DNA of 64,000 nucleotides, from the NCBI GenBank assembly GCA_002633005.1, contig NMRA01000038.1:643329-707328 (forward strand), in the 5' to 3' direction. The translations under genes and the position numbers were made by a program. The first letter of the stretch is position 1; every line of letters starts with the position of its first letter. A model generated the notes under the pieces. The model was not told the DNA's origin and did not search any database. It worked only from the letters and a program-made list of their open reading frames with translations. The DNA is from Phoronis australis. Lineage: Eukaryota; Animalia; Phoronida. Of the stretch, positions 60,313-64,000 are shown in pieces.

Positions 60313-60463
60313 GCGTGCGTTCAGTTGACGCTAGGACCTATTCTAGGACCTAACTAAAATCTAGTCAAAGTCACGTGTTTTCATTTGAAATACACGGCAA
60401 TATCTCACGTAATTTCGCGAAGTCTTGCTTTTTAGCGAGGTCCTAGCGTTATTGAACGGGAGG
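60313..60463. mobile_element. MITE with ~25-bp imperfect TIRs and 3-bp TSD CTG (PIF/Harbinger-like)
   Basis: Empty site gaaacctgtattt in copy A (~48101). TIRs cgttca.t..acgctaggacct / aggtcctagcgttattgaacg. Confidence 0.65.
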
Positions 60464-62292
60464 CTGTATTTATTAATGTGTTAACTATTCGTTTCCTGTT
60501 CTTCAGCATATAAAAGTAAGTTCTGTACCATTCAAGATGTGGCCTTCACTCCCAGAAATGAAAATATTAAATCATTATAATCTGTATTCTGTCTTCAATT
60601 CTATCTATTTTGGAGAAATGTTGGGAGAAGGTTCGACTTACGTGATTTGCTTTGAAAATATTTCATGAAATTTCTAATTGAATGAAGTTGAATAGCAAGT
60701 CAGTCTATAAGTACATTGACACTGGTGATTGCGAAATTGCATGCACATCTAGATAGTCACAATAAATACGTGTCCTTTACTGAAACAAAGTTCATTTATA
60801 ATCATCTATTTCGATTCATGTATATACATTTGAATATGAATTTTCAATTTGGTGACAACAGAAGAAACCCCATGAAATTTATTGGTAATTGTGGGCTGAT
60901 TAAAAATACTTTAACGCTCCCTTTTAGTTAAAATCTTCATAAAACGGATTTTAATACAATTTTGTTCAACCAAATCCAATTTCAATTAGTACTCGTTCAA
61001 CACAACTCCAAATATTTTCAAGTTTAATTTAATGTGATTTTTTGGTTTAATTTTTATATTTGGCTGTGCACCACCATCGAAAATGGCCGCCGTAGTGAGT
61101 GATAGCTGATTCATCATCGCTATGGGTACTCACTCGACTGCCGTCATTTGTCATGAGGTTACCGCAGAAACCCCGCCCGCTTTTTAAAAACATAAAAATA
61201 AAGTAAGATATTTATACACATAAAAATAATAGCATAATAACATCAACAGAACTGAAAGTGACGAAATGTCTATATTTCTGTGATATGTTTCGACTGTCGA
61301 AACTAATTCTGTGTTCTAAATTGATAAATTTAATGGAAGAGTGTCTTTAAGGTTATGTAAGACTTTATCAACAAGTCTGCATGTTTAGCCAAAAATTTAC
61401 AAAACTATAGGTTTTCACTCACTATTTTTTTCTAAAAGGAAAAAAACATGTCAGATTTGATTTTTACCTTTTTCTAAACTGTTATTAATTGGGTAGCTTG
61501 ATCATGTTTTTAGTAAAATTTAGCAAAAAAGAAAAGTAAATTGACAGCAATACCACAGTACCAAAAACACTAAAAACTAAGTTGCGTTCAAGATGAAATC
61601 TCAAAAACGCTGTTGCAATTTCATAAGTTACCGTTTCTTTTCCATTTTATACAAATTTTCAATTTTTCATAAAAGCCGTTGAGCCCTATTTTTCGAAAGC
61701 CTCTCGTGCAAAAATGAAGTATAATAAGCTTAATTCCTATCAGCGCTTTGGAGAATAGTGCACAAAGCATAGTATCTGAAAGCTTCATATCAATCTGAAC
61801 AGCCATTTATGAGATATAATGTTTCACAGCTAACCAAAGTGGGACAAGTTTCTAGTGACCTTCATAACCTAACTTTCTCGGGACCTTAAGCTATGAGAGG
61901 TCTTGCAATCCTGCTAATTTGAGTTTTGCCACCCCCCTCCCCGCCGGCTAATGCCCAACCGACACCTACCCGCAGCCGGAGTTTTGAAACACCAATCCCC
62001 CTATCCATCCTTTCGGCCACAGTACCCAGTCAGTACAAAGAGAGATCTGTAGTTGCGAGATAGGTCTTTTAATGTTTATGATGGACCCTAAGTTACACCT
62101 TACAAATAGTATAATGGGTAGTACGGGATTCAGTGTTAATGAAGCAGCACTGGATGACGGAGCCATATGTTGACATTTGTGCATACATGTAGAACGCGAT
62201 GCGGACGACTTTCTTTCCTGCAGCACCGGCGCCGAATACATTCCGTGTGTTACAAGCATTTTCTTTTCAGCAATGGTCTGCATAAAAGTCTT

Positions 62293-62513
62293 TCAGTTGA
62301 CAACTACTTCGCACAGAGATAAAACGTCGATATTTGCGTAGGTAGTATTTATCTTAATCGTCAGATATCTCCCGCGTACAACAGGATCGCACGTCAGGGT
62401 TTTGGTCAACTCTTCTGCCCCAAATTCTCCTTGATTAAAAGTGCAAATCTCGCTAGAGTTCGCTGTATTTGATGAGTTTGACACCTTGATGAAAAAGTCG
62501 CGTAGTCTTTCAC
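62293..62513 (-). CDS. F-type lectin copy B, last exon
   Basis: Open frame with intact acceptor; ERLRDFFIKV...ANIDVLSLCEVVVN*. Confidence 0.85.
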
Positions 62514-63796
62514 CTAAATAAATCCAAACAAGAAACAAAAGCAACACTGGTGATGTTTAAGTTTTTAAAAACGAAACGTATACGATACCATTACAAACTT
62601 GTCTCGAAGTTTCCTTTGCTATAATTGTAATTGATTTCTATCATTAAAAGGAAAGGCCACGTGACACTGACTCGAAGTGACCCTGACTTTGACGGGAATG
62701 GAACACCTCGTCAAAACTAGTGTCTGTTTCAAACTCATTGAACGTGCTGACACGCTTACAGTCTCCAAGTAGAGTGGCCTCTCAGCTTACACTGTTGACA
62801 CGTAATTGCGCCTTATCGTTAGTTAGAATTTATGTTTAAATTTTACCTTGTGCCTAGGTTTAGTGATATCCCGCAACGCCGTTTTGTTTCTGGAGGAGGG
62901 CCCCGATTATGACATCATCTACTGCTTTCTTCTGTTTATTGAAATCGTAGACCCTTTCTTCTGAGGAAAGTCCGCCTCCGGAGGCCGAACCCACCGGGAA
63001 TGGATTCGATTGTTACCTTTTTGCATGTTTACTAACTAGCAGTAAATTTTCATATTTTACGCTGTGCCTCTCTTGGGGTCGTGGGGGTGGGGTGCTGTTG
63101 TAGAAGCTTCAGAGCAGTCGCTCCCTTTTTCCCTGCATGCGTGTTCGTGTGTATGCGAGTATGTGTGTATGTATATCCGTAGGTATAAATGTTTGTATGT
63201 ATGTTTATATAAATGTACATTTGTTTGAATGTGTGTATGTGTGTACGTATGTACGTATGAAGAGGGCCAAGAGCCACCCGTTACTATAATCACTTTGTTG
63301 CGACACAACCCATGCACTAGTTACCCATGACTTGTGTTGCCGGCTCCCTCGGCAATAAGTCAAGTTCGGATGAGAATTGTAATGTTTTTAAACCGAAAAA
63401 CGCTTAGGTTAAAAGGGTTCCTATTAATAGATATTAAAAACGACATTCCCATCCAATTCCTTGAAACGAAATAATGCTCTATAACCCTCGACAACCCTCA
63501 AAGGTTTGGAGGGAAATTCTGAAAACTTCTTTCGAAGTCTGCAAAACGGGCAAGACTGACCTGCACTTTTAACGAATTGCAAGGCAACTGTGGAGAAAGA
63601 TCATCCACCAAGAACCAAGAGAATACGTTTTAGTTGATTAATGCTTTATCTTTTAAGATTTGCATTACCAGTTGACAGAACGGGGATTGGTTGGAAAAAT
63701 CAAAACAGGGCTTAATATCCTTTTAAAAATTCAACATTGACATCTAAACAGTGGTGAAATGCCCTGTCTAGCCACACAGAATACAATTACTCTTAC

Positions 63797-64000
63797 TGTG
63801 CTCTGACCGGTTGGTAATGGTGACGTTTAGTATAACGAACACGGTCTCCAAGTCAACCTGCCACCAGGGGTCTCTCTCCCAGGAAGTATGAGTGCATGAG
63901 CCGTGACGATATTTCGAGTTCGAGTAACCGTCAACAGCAAGTGAAGCACATCCATCGTGTCCTACGCTTGATTGCGTAGCAGGTTTGTTGAAAGCGACAT
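63797..64000 (-). CDS. F-type lectin copy B, N-terminal-half exon (runs off the window)
   Basis: VAFNKPATQSSVGHDGCASLAVDGYSNSKYRHGSCTHTSWERDPWWQVDLETVFVILNVTITNRSEH|gtaaga. Confidence 0.85.

Larger units (their letters stand above)
57746..64000 (+). repeat. Segmental duplicate of 45429-51060, continuing beyond the window
   Basis: Colinear high similarity from aacaaaagttgatcagcag onward. This copy has extra sequence at 60313-60463 and 62712-63297. Confidence 0.95.

Overview
AT-rich eukaryotic (invertebrate metazoan-type) genomic DNA with GT-AG spliced genes. It is not prokaryotic, and I found no CRISPR array, rRNA or true tRNA gene. Genes reconstructed by hand: (1) TIPRL/TIP41-like (+, 7 coding exons, 271 aa). 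(2) A convergent, uncharacterised 5-exon gene (-, 333 aa) with TEYxxRY(xW)P motifs like those of microtubule-inner proteins. (3) A PLAC8/cornifelin-family gene (+, 3 coding exons, 97 aa). (4) An intronless Ser-rich coiled-coil gene (+, 304 aa). (5) An F-type (fucolectin/FTP) lectin gene (-), probably with a signal-peptide + PAN/apple first exon. The block holding (4) and (5) is tandemly duplicated (from 45429 and from 57746): the second copy of (4) is a pseudogene, while the second lectin copy is open and differs at 10 residues. Five single-N joins (12439, 24973, 40598, 52816, 59185) indicate a draft assembly, and two of them create probably artefactual (haplotype) exon duplications. Non-coding DNA holds LINE remnants, a tRNA-derived SINE, satellites, foldback elements, Penelope-type minimal hammerhead remnants, and several MITE families with 5- and 6-bp target-site duplications. 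I found no convincing wholly new system. The best leads are the diversifying PAN-FTP lectin duplication, the 5/6-bp-TSD MITE families, the candidate microtubule-inner protein and the hammerhead remnants. All family calls come from motif recognition, not database searches.
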